Shown: positions 1 through 61,718 of the stretch, piece by piece
Position numbering within the stretch: the first letter of the stretch is position 1
Layout of the letters: each line of letters begins with the position of its first letter
Assembly (NCBI GenBank): GCA_951406725.2
Contig: OX597833.1
Span: 4,092,001 to 4,156,000, forward strand
DNA length: 64,000 bases
Direction: 5' to 3'
DNA from: Octopus vulgaris
Lineage: Eukaryota
The notes under the pieces: model-generated
What the model was told of the DNA's origin: nothing
The model's database searches: none
Seen by the model: the letters and a program-made list of their open reading frames with translations, nothing else
Made by a program: the position numbers and the translations under genes

Positions 1-130
1 GTCCTCTCTGTGTTTAGCACCTTGTGGGTAGTTAAAGAAATAGGCATTTAAATTTAGGATGTAAAGAGCAAGAAAAAATGCCACTAAGCATTTTGTCCAC
101 TGTATTAGAGCGAAAGATTTCAGCACTTAC

Positions 131-316
131 CTCTTTGGTGGCATTTCCGTCCATACCATCCTGTTGTACAACCTCTTATACAATAACCAGTCCGTTTGTT
201 ACATGGTTCTCTGTTTATACATCGACCACACTTTTTAATTCCTTTGCGGAAGATATAATAGCCATCTGGACATGTCGTTACACGATAACGAGGCTCAGGT
301 TTTACCACTTTATTTA
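131..316 (-). CDS. Exon, basic MEGF/laminin-EGF-like module 4
   Basis: 186 bp, ttacag|...|gtaagt, phase 1-1; NKVVKPEPRYRVTTCPDGYYIFRKGIKKCGRCINREPCNKRTGYCIRGCTTGWYGRKCHQR. Confidence 0.88.
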
Positions 317-833
317 CTGTAAATAACAATTAATTATATTTGTGTCAGTAATGAAAATCTAGAAATTAAATATCAAAACAATCTTTATTATCAAATATTG
401 CTGAAAATCCAAGACTTTGGACTTTGACACAGGATTTCTAACGGTTTGAAAGATGGGAGTATAATATAGGATGTCCTGCCTAGAAATTGAAACCTTGACT
501 CTCACCCCATTGGTCAACGGAAAGTAGAAAGCAAGGACTTTAGCTTTTGACATTCTTTTGATCTTTTTCATTTATTTGTTTCAGCTGTGGCCATGCTGGG
601 GACACTGTGGCCATGCTGGGGACATTGTATTGATTATCTCCAGAATATAACTGGTATGTAATTTGTTGAACCTCGGCTGCTCAATACAATGTCAACATTG
701 TTGCGACTATCTCAGAGCATCAGGAAATATCTATTTAAAGAATTCAAGGCTTTCATTCAGGGCCTCTGCCCTGATGCCTCCTCTCACTGCTTCAACCAAC
801 AACAATAACAAAACCAGAGATCTGTCTACTCAC

Positions 834-998
834 CTCTTCTTTGGTCACATCTTTGTCCATACCATCCTGTTGTACAACCTCTTATACAATAACCAGTCTG
901 TTTGTTACATGATTCTCTGTTTATACATCGACCACACCTTTTAATTCCTTTGCCGATGATATAATAGCCATCTGGACATGTCGTTACAACTTTAGTTA
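834..998 (-). CDS. Exon, basic MEGF/laminin-EGF-like module 3
   Basis: 165 bp, ttacag|...|gtgagt; TKVVTTCPDGYYIIGKGIKRCGRCINRESCNKQTGYCIRGCTTGWYGQRCDQRR; close paralog of 131-316; absent from the ORF track. Confidence 0.88.
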
Positions 999-1085
999 CT
1001 GTAAATAATAATTATATTTGTGTCAGAAAAAAATATTCTAAAATAATGCATATTATCATTATTGTTACTATTATTATTATTATTA

Positions 1086-1126
<41 letters not shown>

Positions 1127-1127
1127 A

Positions 1128-1504
1128 TTTTTCCTTCTTTCTTCAAATTTTCTTCCGTTTCTCGCCGAGTGTTTTCCGTACACCTAGGGCAGAGAAGCTC
1201 ATTGTATGCATTCCCAGATTACACACCCAAATTCACAGGTAAAATATATATTTAAAAAATTAATAAATAACTAAATTCATGAATGGATGTTATTTTCACA
1301 GCGATAATGCTCTTGTTAGTACATGAGCCATTCCAGTTAATACGATTTTTTGCACTTCCTGTAGGGATGGTAAGCCTGGAATCATTTTCAAATAGGTTTC
1401 AGTACCTTTTTTTATCATTTCTAGAGATCCTACAATCACTGGTACTGTAGTCGCCTTGAGATGCCACATTTTTTCAATTTCTATTAGCAAGTCTTTATAT
1501 TTAC

Positions 1505-1505
<1 letters not shown>
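1128..1505 (-). mobile_element. 5'-truncated R4/Dong-like (RLE-type) non-LTR retrotransposon 3' end inside a (TAA)n tract
   Basis: Encodes KYKDLLIEIEKMWHLKATTVPVIVGSLEMIKKG...LQEVQKIVLTGMAHVLTRALSL*, resembling the C-terminus of RLE-clade ORFs; flanked on both sides by (ATT)n. Confidence 0.7.
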
Positions 1506-1556
<51 letters not shown>

Positions 1557-2022
1557 CATTCCTGTAAATGATAAATTATTAATTTTTTTATTAGAAAAGT
1601 TTATAATAATATAATTTCTTGCATTTACATAAATGCAGAAATTAATATATTCAAGTTATGATTGATTTTACTGACATCCAATATACAATCGTTCCAAACA
1701 GCAGCTTAATAATGTCAGAGTAGCTTTGTTAAATTCCTCAAAATTCTCAAAATTAACTGAAGCAAAGACAGAATATTCCAACAGAAATATGGTTTACAAA
1801 AATCTTGAAGTGATTTAATCTGAAGCTTTTCATTAAAATTCCATGATAATTTATGTTCTAATTAGCAACTTAATAATGACAAAGCTTTCTTAGTAAATTC
1901 CTTATTATTTTCGAAATTAATTGAAATAAAGTCAGAGTATTCCAACAGAAATATGATAACAAAAGACTTTGACTCTGCTTTTCTCAGAAATAAAAAGAGT
2001 TTTGGAGTTTTCTAACATTTAC

Positions 2023-2205
2023 CTCTTTGCTGACACCTTCGTCCATACCATCCTGGTTCACAACCCCATCTACAATTGCCAGTCTGTGTGTCACATGGAT
2101 ATCTATCTTTACACTGACCACATCTTCTACAGCTCTTGTAATGGATATACTGACCAGTTGGACATGTTATACGAGGACGAATGTCAGGTTCTTCATAAGT
2201 TGTTT
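2023..2205 (-). CDS. Exon, basic MEGF/laminin-EGF-like module 2
   Basis: 183 bp, ttacag|...|gtaaat; TTYEEPDIRPRITCPTGQYIHYKSCRRCGQCKDRYPCDTQTGNCRWGCEPGWYGRRCQQR. Confidence 0.88.
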
Positions 2206-2604
2206 CTGTAAATAAATAAACGAACAATTATATTAATTTCAGTAAAAGGTAATTTGTAGAAATAAAACTTCAAAACTGATTACAATGAAATATTTTTCAG
2301 AATATTCATAATCCTTAATTTACACAGACTGGATAGAGTAGGGAGTTAGTATTCGGGAGTCTAATTGAGGCCCCATCTTGTGAAGCCTTGTTTGCTTGAG
2401 AGGCCATTGTCTACATCCAGTAAACACAGGTGAAAACAGGGACAGGTATGAACTTAGACAATCACATATTTGCACACACACACACACACGCACATGATGG
2501 GCTTCTTTCAGTTTCTGTCTACCAAATCCATTCATAATGCTTCTGTTAACCTAGGGTTGTAGTTGAACACATTTTTCCAATGTACGACGAAATGAGATTC
2601 AACC

Positions 2605-2812
2605 CAAAACTACATGGTTGGAAACTACATGTTTGAACTACATGGTTGGAAACTACATGGTTGGAAACTACATGGTTGGAAACTACATGGTTGGAAACTA
2701 CATGGTTGAAACTACATGGTTGGAAACTACATGGTTGGAAACTACATGGTTGGAAACTACATGGTTGGAAACTACATGGTTAGAAACTACATGTTTGGAC
2801 TTCATGGTTGGG
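2605..2812. repeat. 15-bp minisatellite (GGAAACTACATGGTT)n, about 14 copies, within a decayed SINE
   Basis: Directly visible tandem unit; flanks match the reverse complement of the family-A SINE head. Confidence 0.9.
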
Positions 2813-3207
2813 AAACAAACTTCATAACCTCACAACCAATGTAAATACCTGCTCACAATTATTAAGCGCTAAAAATATAAAATTTTTAAAAAATTCATTT
2901 TATATTTAATAGAATTATGTAATCTGATTAGGATGAAAGCTTGGAATAAAAATGAATTTTTAATCTATTAATTCTCATTTAACATTTATTACACTGCAAA
3001 ATCTTGTCAGTTAGACAAGGTTTGCAGGAGAACCCTTGTTAGGCAGTGCTTAGGGCATTAGTTGGGCCTTAGTGTGGCCCTGCTGTTCTCATAAGAGGTC
3101 TTGACTTACAGGGATTTACTTGCATAGCAAATGTCATGATTTGAGGGGTTGTCTTCTGAAACTAAAGCAATTGCGGCATAAAAGACACAAGTTAGCCATA
3201 CAGAATA

Positions 3208-3628
3208 GGCGCATGAGTGGCTGTGTGGTAAGTAGCTTGCTAACCAGCCACATGGTTCCGGGTTCAGTCCCACTGCGTGGAATCTTGGGCAAGTGTCTTC
3301 TGCTATAGCCCCGGGCCGATTTTGTAGACGGAAACTGAAAGAAGCCCGTCGTATATATGTATATATATATAAGTGTGTGTGTGTAGGTTTGTGTGTCTGT
3401 GTTTGTCTCCCTAGCATTGCTTGACAACCAATGCTGGTGTGTTTATGTCCCCGTTACTTAGCGGTTCGGCAAAAGAGACCGATAGAATAAGTACTGGGGC
3501 TTACAAAAGAATAAGTCCTGGGGTCGTTTTGCTCGACTAAAGGCGGTGCTCCAGCATGGCCGCAGTCAAATGACTGAAACAAGTAAAAGAGTAAAAGAGT
3601 AAAGAGTAAAGAGTAAAGAGTAAAGAGA
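3208..3628 (+). mobile_element. tRNA-derived SINE, family A (full length)
   Basis: A-box-like GTGGCTGTGTGGTAA, B-box-like GGTTCAGTCCC, internal (TA/TG)n, (GTAAAAGA)n tail; many copies in the window. Confidence 0.85.
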
Positions 3629-3673
3629 GAATCATTCAAAGACCGTCAGCTTCCCTTAGATGTTTATTTGTAA

Positions 3674-4069
3674 CTAGCAGTATCGCCCGGCGTTGCTCGG
3701 GTTTGTAAGGGAAATAACTATATAAGCATTTTTAGAGATGTAAAGTATAATAGCCATCTCAATATGGTTAACCACAAAGGGGGGGGGTGTTACTGTAGCT
3801 TTTTACGTTCTGAGATTTAATAATACATTTTTAGAGAGTTACTTCCCTTATATATGCCAAAAATGCATTAAAAATGGGAAAAATTGATGGTAAATTTTTT
3901 TTTAAACCATAGACTCATCGTAGATGCGCGCTAATACCCAGAAGGGCTCGATATGAATCACAACTATAAGATACCTGGTTTTGATTAAACTGCACCGCAA
4001 AATGTGGGAGTAGTTAGGAATCTAAATCATAGGAGACAGACAGCACACAACCTCACTTTTATATATATA
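3674..4069 (-). mobile_element. Non-autonomous Helitron, copy 1 of a head-to-tail pair
   Basis: Minus-strand 3' end CCCGAGCAACGCCGGG hairpin followed by CTAG|T; homologous to 38516-38915. Confidence 0.8.
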
Positions 4070-4582
4070 CTAGCAGTATCGCCCGGCGTTGCTCGGGTTT
4101 GTAAGGGAAATAACTATATAAGCATTTTTAGAGAGTTACTTCTCTTATAGATGCCAATTCGGGCTTTCTTAGCCATTTCTGTTTTGGTGTCTTCAAGCCA
4201 TGAAGTCGTTGTTCTAAAAGAACGCTGGTCTCCTTGACAACGCTTTACGACGTTGATTTCCTTACACTCCCTTCCCCACAGCTTCACAAGGGAGGGAAGA
4301 AGGGGGAGAACCAAACCCAGGTGCAGGTGTTTGAGCGTGGACGCCAACTCCGCCGCCATCGACACATGAAAAATTATGCATTAAAATGGAATAAAAAATG
4401 ATGTTGAATTATTTTTAAAATCGTAGACTCATCGTAGACGCACGCTAATAGCCAGACGGGCTCGATATTAATCACGACTATAAGATACCCAAATTTGGTT
4501 AAACTGCACCGCAAAATGTGGGAGTAGTTAGGAATCTAAATCGTAGGAGACAGACACACAACCTCTCTTTTATATATAAAGA
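4070..4582 (-). mobile_element. Non-autonomous Helitron, copy 2, with an extra internal segment of about 220 bp
   Basis: A|TC 5' end at 4582, hairpin plus CTAG 3' end at 4070-4073. Confidence 0.8.
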
Positions 4583-4668
4583 TATGGTGATAAAAGTTTT
4601 GTTACCACAAACCGAAACATCGTTACTGTGAAAACCTGAACTTCGTCTGAAAGTCTTTTAATACTTAC

Positions 4669-4863
4669 TTCTTTGTTGACACTTCCGTCCATACCATCCT
4701 GGTTCACAACCTCGTACACAATCACCAGTCTGGTCATCACATGGCCGTCTGTCTCTACATTGACCGCATCTTCGACATATACCTCGGTCAATATATTTAC
4801 CGAGTGGACACCTCGTTATTTCTGGTTGTCGAGGATATGGCTCAGGGACCATAGTGAAATTAA
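4669..4863 (-). CDS. Exon, basic MEGF/laminin-EGF-like module 1
   Basis: 195 bp, ttacag|...|gtaagt; NFTMVPEPYPRQPEITRCPLGKYIDRGICRRCGQCRDRRPCDDQTGDCVRGCEPGWYGRKCQQR. Confidence 0.88.
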
Positions 4864-5644
4864 CTGTAAATAATTAATTAGTCATTACATCTGTGTCAGC
4901 AAAAAATGTCAACAGGGAAAATAACAACAGCAAAAAATGTCAACAGGGAAAATAACAACAGCAAAAAAAAACACAAAATCCCTGTAAAAAGAAAAAAAAT
5001 CAAAAGATAACAAAAAAACAAATCAAAATCATCAAAACATGGAATTCATTTTAATTCCCTAAATTTAAAATTATAAAAAAAGAAACTGTTTTTAAAAATA
5101 TAAATATATTTTTTCATAATGCCACTTGTAAAAAATATAGATAAAAAAAAACACAAAATGAACAAACAATTTTATCTGAACCAAACTTGTTAACAAGAAT
5201 ATTTGGTATAATTTACTCACCGAATATTATTCCATCCAGTCTTAGAAAAATCAGGAATCTCCACTTACCCCAGAGTTATTTTGTTTTTGTTTTACATCTT
5301 CATGTTTATTTATATTTTGTTTTATTTTTGTTTATTTTCTTTTATTCCTGGTTGTTTTCTTCTTATCATGTTTTGTCTTTTATAACATTCATTAAAATAA
5401 AGAAAATATAAAAGAAAAAAAAAACCAATTCCTCCATTTGTTATCTGTTTCTTAGACTATTTGTGTTTCTTTTATTCTTAACTGTTTGCCCCTCCCCTAC
5501 CCCCACCTGCCGGGCCCCCTTCAATGTTTGGCATCATATCCACTTTTTTGACCCTTTAGCATTCAGATTCCTCTCTCAAACGTGATCCTAAATTATTTAA
5601 ATTGCTTTGAATTTATCCTGCATTATTGAAATCGCCGCAGAATC

Positions 5645-6069
5645 GAAATCGATCAACATCAATGGAAATTGCAGCTGTGATACCAGTGCCGGTGGCACGT
5701 AAGAGAACCATCTAAATGTGGCCGTTGCCAGTGCCGCTCCGACTGGCCTCGTGCCACTGGCACGTAAAAAGCACCATCTGTTCGTGGCCATTGCCAGCCT
5801 TGCCTGGCCCCCGTGCCGATGGCAAGTAAAAAGCACCATCCGATTGTGGCCATTTGCTAGCCTTGTCTGGCATCTGTGCCGGTGGCACATAAAAAGCACC
5901 CACTACACTCACAGAGTGGTTGGCGTTAGGAAGGGCATCCAGCTGTAGAAACATTGCCAGATCAGACTGGGCCTGGTGCAGCCTTCTGGCTTCCCAGACC
6001 CCAGTTGAACCGTCCAACCCATGCTAGCATGGAAAGCGGACACTAAACGGTGATGATGATGATGATGAT
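5645..6069 (+). mobile_element. RTE-LINE-related 3' end / short retroposon (family C)
   Basis: Internal GTGCCGGTGGCACGTAAAAAGCACC repeats, GGCGTTAGGAAGGGCATCCAGC core, (GAT)n tail; same 3' sequence as the RTE relic at 53140-53988. Confidence 0.8.
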
Positions 6070-9020
6070 TATCTCATAGCATCAAGATTTCAATGAATTA
6101 ATTGTAGAGTAGATACGAAAGGCTCTAGCAGAATAATTGACCCGGATAAATCCCCCTTTAAATCCTAAAAAGGGTTAAGCCCTTCACTTCCTATGGAGCA
6201 CATGCCATCTATGATGTTTCTCCACCATTTTCAACTCTGAGATCTCTTTTCTACTTCTCGTCTTCCAAGCCTTTGATGCTTCTGTAACTGTCCTTTTATT
6301 TTTATTATTCTAGGAGCTGGTACCACATGAAAAATACCCATGCTGATTCTACACAAGAAAGCACTGGTTCTGGTGCAACATAAAAAGCACTTAGTACACT
6401 CTGCAAAGAGGCTGGCATTAGGAGGGGCATCCAGCTGTAGAAACCATGCCAAAATGGACAATTGGAGCCTGGTGCAGCTCTTTGGCTTGCCAGCTCCAGT
6501 CAAATTGTCCGACCCATGCCAACATGGAAGCTGGACATTATATGATGACGATGACGATGATGATGATGGTGGTGGTGATGTAGGAGTGTTGGCTCTACAC
6601 AAACCCACTTTTAATTCTGAGAAAAAGTGGTCCATATTAGTTTGACCGCTATCCTTTGATTTGTCCAGCATGGGAAGTCCTACCAGGGGCATGTGCTCTA
6701 CAGGCAAAGCTCTCAGGGTCAATGAAGCATGCATGCCACCACCCGCTTCTCCACAGCAAGAACTGCATCTTGTGGTGCCATTATGACATCAGGGGAACTG
6801 GCACAGCATTTTCACTGGTGTTGTCTCAGGTAGTCTTCAAGTAATATTTTCTCTTTTCTTTCTTCTCTTTCCATTGCACATACAGTGCTGGGTTAGGAAT
6901 TGAACTTGAAATATTTATTTCTAACTATATTTGCTTCTCTAACCACTTGTTCCACCGCCTTGACTCGTGCACAACAGTTAGTAATCTCTATATGCATAAA
7001 GCTGAAGTTGTCTTCAGTGTATGGCAGGTTTGGTAGCCTTCAACTAACACTATCTCCTTCGAGACCCTGTGGCGCAAGCTGACCAAAATTGAGAGTATAG
7101 TAGAAGGTTTGCTCTTCCTTCCATGGAAGAAAAAATTCAAATCGGACCATTTTAACACCAAAAGTTATTTACATCAAAAAGAAATGGCCAGTTTAAATGC
7201 TAAAAGAGTTAATCTTGCTAACCCTCATGTATTTTCTGTTCTCACTTCTAAACCATGGCTTCATAATTTTCTTTTTTTACCCAGATCTCTACCAAAAGCC
7301 ATCACCATCATCACCTTAAATCCCTTTTTCCATGTTTACATGGGCCAGGGGGAATTTGTTGAAACTAGATGCCCTTCCTGTTTCCAACCCTCACCTGTTT
7401 CCAAGCAAGGTGATATTTCACTCTTGGCCTAATGTTTTTGTCACAGAAGACTAGGGTCGCTTGTATAACAGTGATGCTCATTTACAACCTTCGTGTGATG
7501 TCAAGGCAAGGATACACACACACATACACAACAGACTTCTTTCAGTTTCCATCTTTCAAATCCACTCTTCTGCTATAACTCAAGGCTTTAATAGAAGATA
7601 CTTGCTCAAGGTGGCATGCAATGGAACTGAACCTATGACTACATGACCAGGAAGCAAGCTTCTTAACAACACAGCCATACTTATGCCTTTCAATAATAAA
7701 TTAAAATTGACGTAGGAAAAAAGGATAGAAAGAATAGCTTAATTTACCTCACACAATAATAATTTAAACCATTAACAGATTCATGCTGAGAAATTGGCTT
7801 TCTTATAAATATAAATTAGAGAAAAACAGATTTTAGATAATTTAATATTATTAAAGTAAAAATGTAATTTGTTAGATTCAATAGCTTTAGAATTTTAATT
7901 ATTTTAATTATTAGCTGTTATTATTATGTATTAAAGCTTTACTAGGTTTATGGTTTAATTTAGAATAAAATATCAATTAATTTATTCAGTTATAAATTTA
8001 TCGTTATTATACTTTTATATGTGTAAGGTATTTATGTAATTATATATTATCATAATTTATTAATTTATTAATTTATTATGATTATATTTATATATGTGCA
8101 TAATTTATTTATGTAATTATGTATTATAATTAATTAATTCATAAATTTAAACAGGTTTTAATAAATGAAGCATTATATTGTTGGTTTATGACGAACAAAA
8201 TGTTAATTATAAATAATTTAGCAAATGTTAATTTTAATTATTTTAGCAAATGTTAATTTTAAATATTTTAACAAAATATTACCTTAAAATTAATAAAACT
8301 TCACTTTTTCAATCAATGTCTAGATACGATCTAAATTTAAACTTTAAAACAAAAAAAAAACTAAAATAAACGAACTGTTAAATTATAATTGATTAAAAAT
8401 ATTTTTTCTTTCCTCATTATATTCAAAATAAGAAATTTTGAAGTAAGATGAAGAAAACATCATAGCTTACTAGAATGATATCTGTAACCCGTTTTGGTAT
8501 CACAACCTAAGAATTATAATGAAAGTTTAAATTAAATCATTTATACGTTAAAAAAAGAGAATCTCCATTGAGTTAAATGATTACTTTGTATCCATGTATT
8601 AAATATATTCAAAATATTTATGGATATGACTAAGCAGTTCGGCATAAGATACCGATAGAGTAAGTACCAGGCTTAGAAAATATCCTGTTTACATTTTTAC
8701 TTCACCCACAGTAAGGCTTTTTAATATTTAAATTCGTTTTCTGTTCTAATAATTCATTCTCTTATCACGCATAAATCGATATAGTTTAGTTTATTGATGA
8801 GTTGACTAATTTATGACTGTTTTATATATTAGCTGAACATTCTACATTGTTTATTTGGGAGTGAAAGTGGGTAAGAATTCTCAGAGGAGTGGTCAACAAA
8901 CCAGGAAATATTTCATTAGAAGATTCCACCTTCTCTTTTCCAAACATCAAAAGCATAAAAAGCAATGTATTTACATTTTTATTTAATTCACAGCAAGGCT
9001 TTGTAATATTTTATATACTT

Positions 9021-9237
9021 TAAGGCAGCAAGCTGGCAGAAATGTTAGCAGGCTGGGCGAAATCCTTAGCGGTATATCGTCTGTCTTTATGTTCTGAATT
9101 CAAATTCTGCCGAGGTTGACTTTGCCTTTCATCCTTTTGAGGTCAATAAATCAAGTACCAGTTGCATACTGGGGCCAATCTAATTGATTGACCCCTTCCC
9201 CCAAAATTTGGGGCCTTGTGCTTAGAGCAGAAAAGAA
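9021..9237 (+). mobile_element. SINE family B
   Basis: AAGGCGGCGAGCTGGCAGAA-type head, GAGTTCAAATTC-type B-box, central TTGCCTTTCATCCTTT...AAGTACCAG domain; multi-copy. Confidence 0.8.
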
Positions 9238-11880
9238 TATTTTATATACATTTCTGTTCTTATAATTTATGTTGTCCTGCATAAAAATATACATTATTTA
9301 ATTTAGTGATGAGCTGTGAGCTGCCAAAAGAACAAATATGCAAATTACACCATCCACTGATGTGCAAGGGTAATTAATGACCCCTTTATATAGTAACTGA
9401 ATATTTTATGCTGTTTACTGGTGAATGAAAACAGGTAGGTCTCCTCAGAGAAGCAACCAACAAACTGTGAAATGCTCAAACAGAAGACTCCCTTCTCTTT
9501 TTTCCAAGCATCAAAAGCATAAATGGAATGTGTTTACATTTTTATTTAACTCACAGCAAAGCCTTGTACAAATTACTTAGAATTCAAATAAGAGTGAAGG
9601 TCTAAATCTTTCTTTTTTTTTCTTTCTTTAATTTAAAGGTCCTTTAAGGTAGGGGACTGACAGAACCATTGGGCACAGACAACTGCCTTGTGGTATTTCT
9701 TCCAGTTCTTTGCATTTCAGTTCAAATCCTGACAAGGTCAGGTCTCTTATCCCACCAGGACAAATAAAATAACCCCTTCCCTCAAAATTGTTGACCTTGT
9801 GCTTAAATGAAAAACAATTTAAAGGTACATTTATGTTTTAAAGGTACATTTATTTTTCAATAATTTAAAAAAATATCTTTTACACTTGTTTTTAGCTAAG
9901 CAAGACCCTATGAGACACAATGCTGAAATCAAGACAATGTACATGGTCACTAGAAATAGTAGATAAACCTCCCTCAAATCCCATGCCACCATCTTAAACA
10001 AAAATTAGGGGGTATTTATTATAATGTAGTCTTAGAAAGACCTAAATAGATTGGATGATCATGGATGGAATGTCTTTGATCATTGGTTGACTGAATCATG
10101 ATCAACCTCAAGTAAGAACAACAGCAACAACAACAGCCTGGTAATGTAACATAGACAAAGCAGATAATCCTAAATCTGTTTGAATCTAAGGAATTGGTCT
10201 GATGGTTAATACATCAGACAGAGTAATTTGTGGTATTTCTTTTGAACCTCTGTGCTGTGAATTCAAATCACACCAGGGGTCAACTTTACTATTTATTTTA
10301 TTTTATTTTATTTTATTTATTTATTTATTGGAGGTCAGTAAATGCTGCTCAAAATTACAGCCGATTCTTTTCCTTCTACACCATTTCTCTTTGTCTTTCT
10401 CTTTCCTCACTGAAAGGGCTTGGCTATGGTCAGACCTAGAGAGAGACATGGTGGAGGGCTCTGTCTGGTTTTAAAAATACACAAGACACATCATATGTCA
10501 TAATGATACTCTTGTTAGTCTGTCAGGAGTTGAAAGGAGCAAGACAGGGCAAGGCAGGGCAAGGCAGGGCAAGGCAGGGCAAGGCAGCGCAAGACAGGGC
10601 AAGGCATAAAGTTTACCCTCAGCATTACTGGTATTCATTTCAACTGAGCAGACAGAAGCAACACGAAATGATGAACCCTGCTCAAAGTTATATTGTGCAA
10701 CTCAATCCAGGAATTGAACTTATGATCTTACAGTCATCAGCGCAAACCCCAAACCACTTGGCCATGTGCCCCTCATTATAGTTGATAATAAAATCAGCAT
10801 CAAATGATAAACATTCTGTATTATATTGAGACTATATCATCTAATGTGTCCTTCCCCTTATATGGCAATTGAGTGTAGTTTGAAGAAGAGCTGGCTGTTA
10901 TTTCTAACAGGTCAAGTGGCACTGCAGAGGCTCCCACATAACTTTTTTATTCTAAAATTGTCATATTAGGGACCTTATCATCCTAACATCGAATAGGGAT
11001 TCAAAACCAAAACAAAATTACTATATATTGAGGGTCAGTCTTTATAACATACTCCCTAAGTAGCTTTGAAGCATATTCCCTACTCATTGAAACATACTCC
11101 CTAAAAATCTGATATATTGGTCCCAGTCTTTATAAAATGCCCTCTTACTATGTGACATAGACGGGGTCAATATTTATAATATACTCCCTCAATACTCGAA
11201 ATATTACTACTCAGTCTTTATAACCCTAACTCCCTAAAATACTTATTCAAACTAATAAATATAAATAAGGGTTACACAGTCTCATTAAGGGCTAAAAAAA
11301 ACCCAATGAATTTGTTGCTTATTTTTTGATGAATAATAATAGTCATAAAAATAATAGGTTTAAGTATAAATCTTGGTTTATAAAATATACTTTCCATACA
11401 TTCTTAATAAGTGTGTTAATTAAATATGTTAATGGCTTAGCCAGAGTAGAAATGGTAGCCCTCTTAATTATTCTTTAGGATCTCCAAGATTGGATAAGGG
11501 GGAAGGGAGGTAAGGGAAATGGTTGAATAAAACCACTTTTCAAGAATCACGCTTTGATCTGAGGACGTGGTTTCAACTCTTGTAGCAGAATGGATTTACT
11601 AAAGATCTTCAAGTGAGGAACTGTGCAATGATGCTAAACAGGGTGATGGACTAAGTTTATTACTATAAGAATAGACAGAGCATCCCAAAATAAATACATT
11701 AACGAAAGGGCTAAATACATCACCTAATGAACCTACAAAATAAAGGTCCTCATTTAAATAGCTACACTGCTAAAATAAAATATCTTAAATATGCATTTAA
11801 TACTCGTTTATATTGTTCAACAACTATATTTCAAGGAAAACTGATGTCATTCAATGACTATAAAATAATTTCAATCTCAC

Positions 11881-61718
<49,838 letters not shown>

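Noticed and set aside
2605-2812. CRISPR-like array (also 41201-41570 and the regular 111-bp exon series)
   Set aside because: Tandem repeats without unique spacers in a eukaryotic context, with no cas genes.
3106-3427. Recurrent ORFs such as MLGGQTQTHK...GLNPEPCGW and MLAWVGRFNWGLGS...
   Set aside because: Translations of SINE and RTE 3' UTR copies, not genes.
7700-8560. Extremely AT-rich stretch as a mitochondrial insertion or promoter
   Set aside because: No recognisable mitochondrial gene, tRNA or motif; composition alone is not enough.
11030-11245. Degenerate CAGTCTTTATAA / ACTCCCTAA motif repeats
   Set aside because: Too decayed and irregular to assign a function or family from sequence alone.
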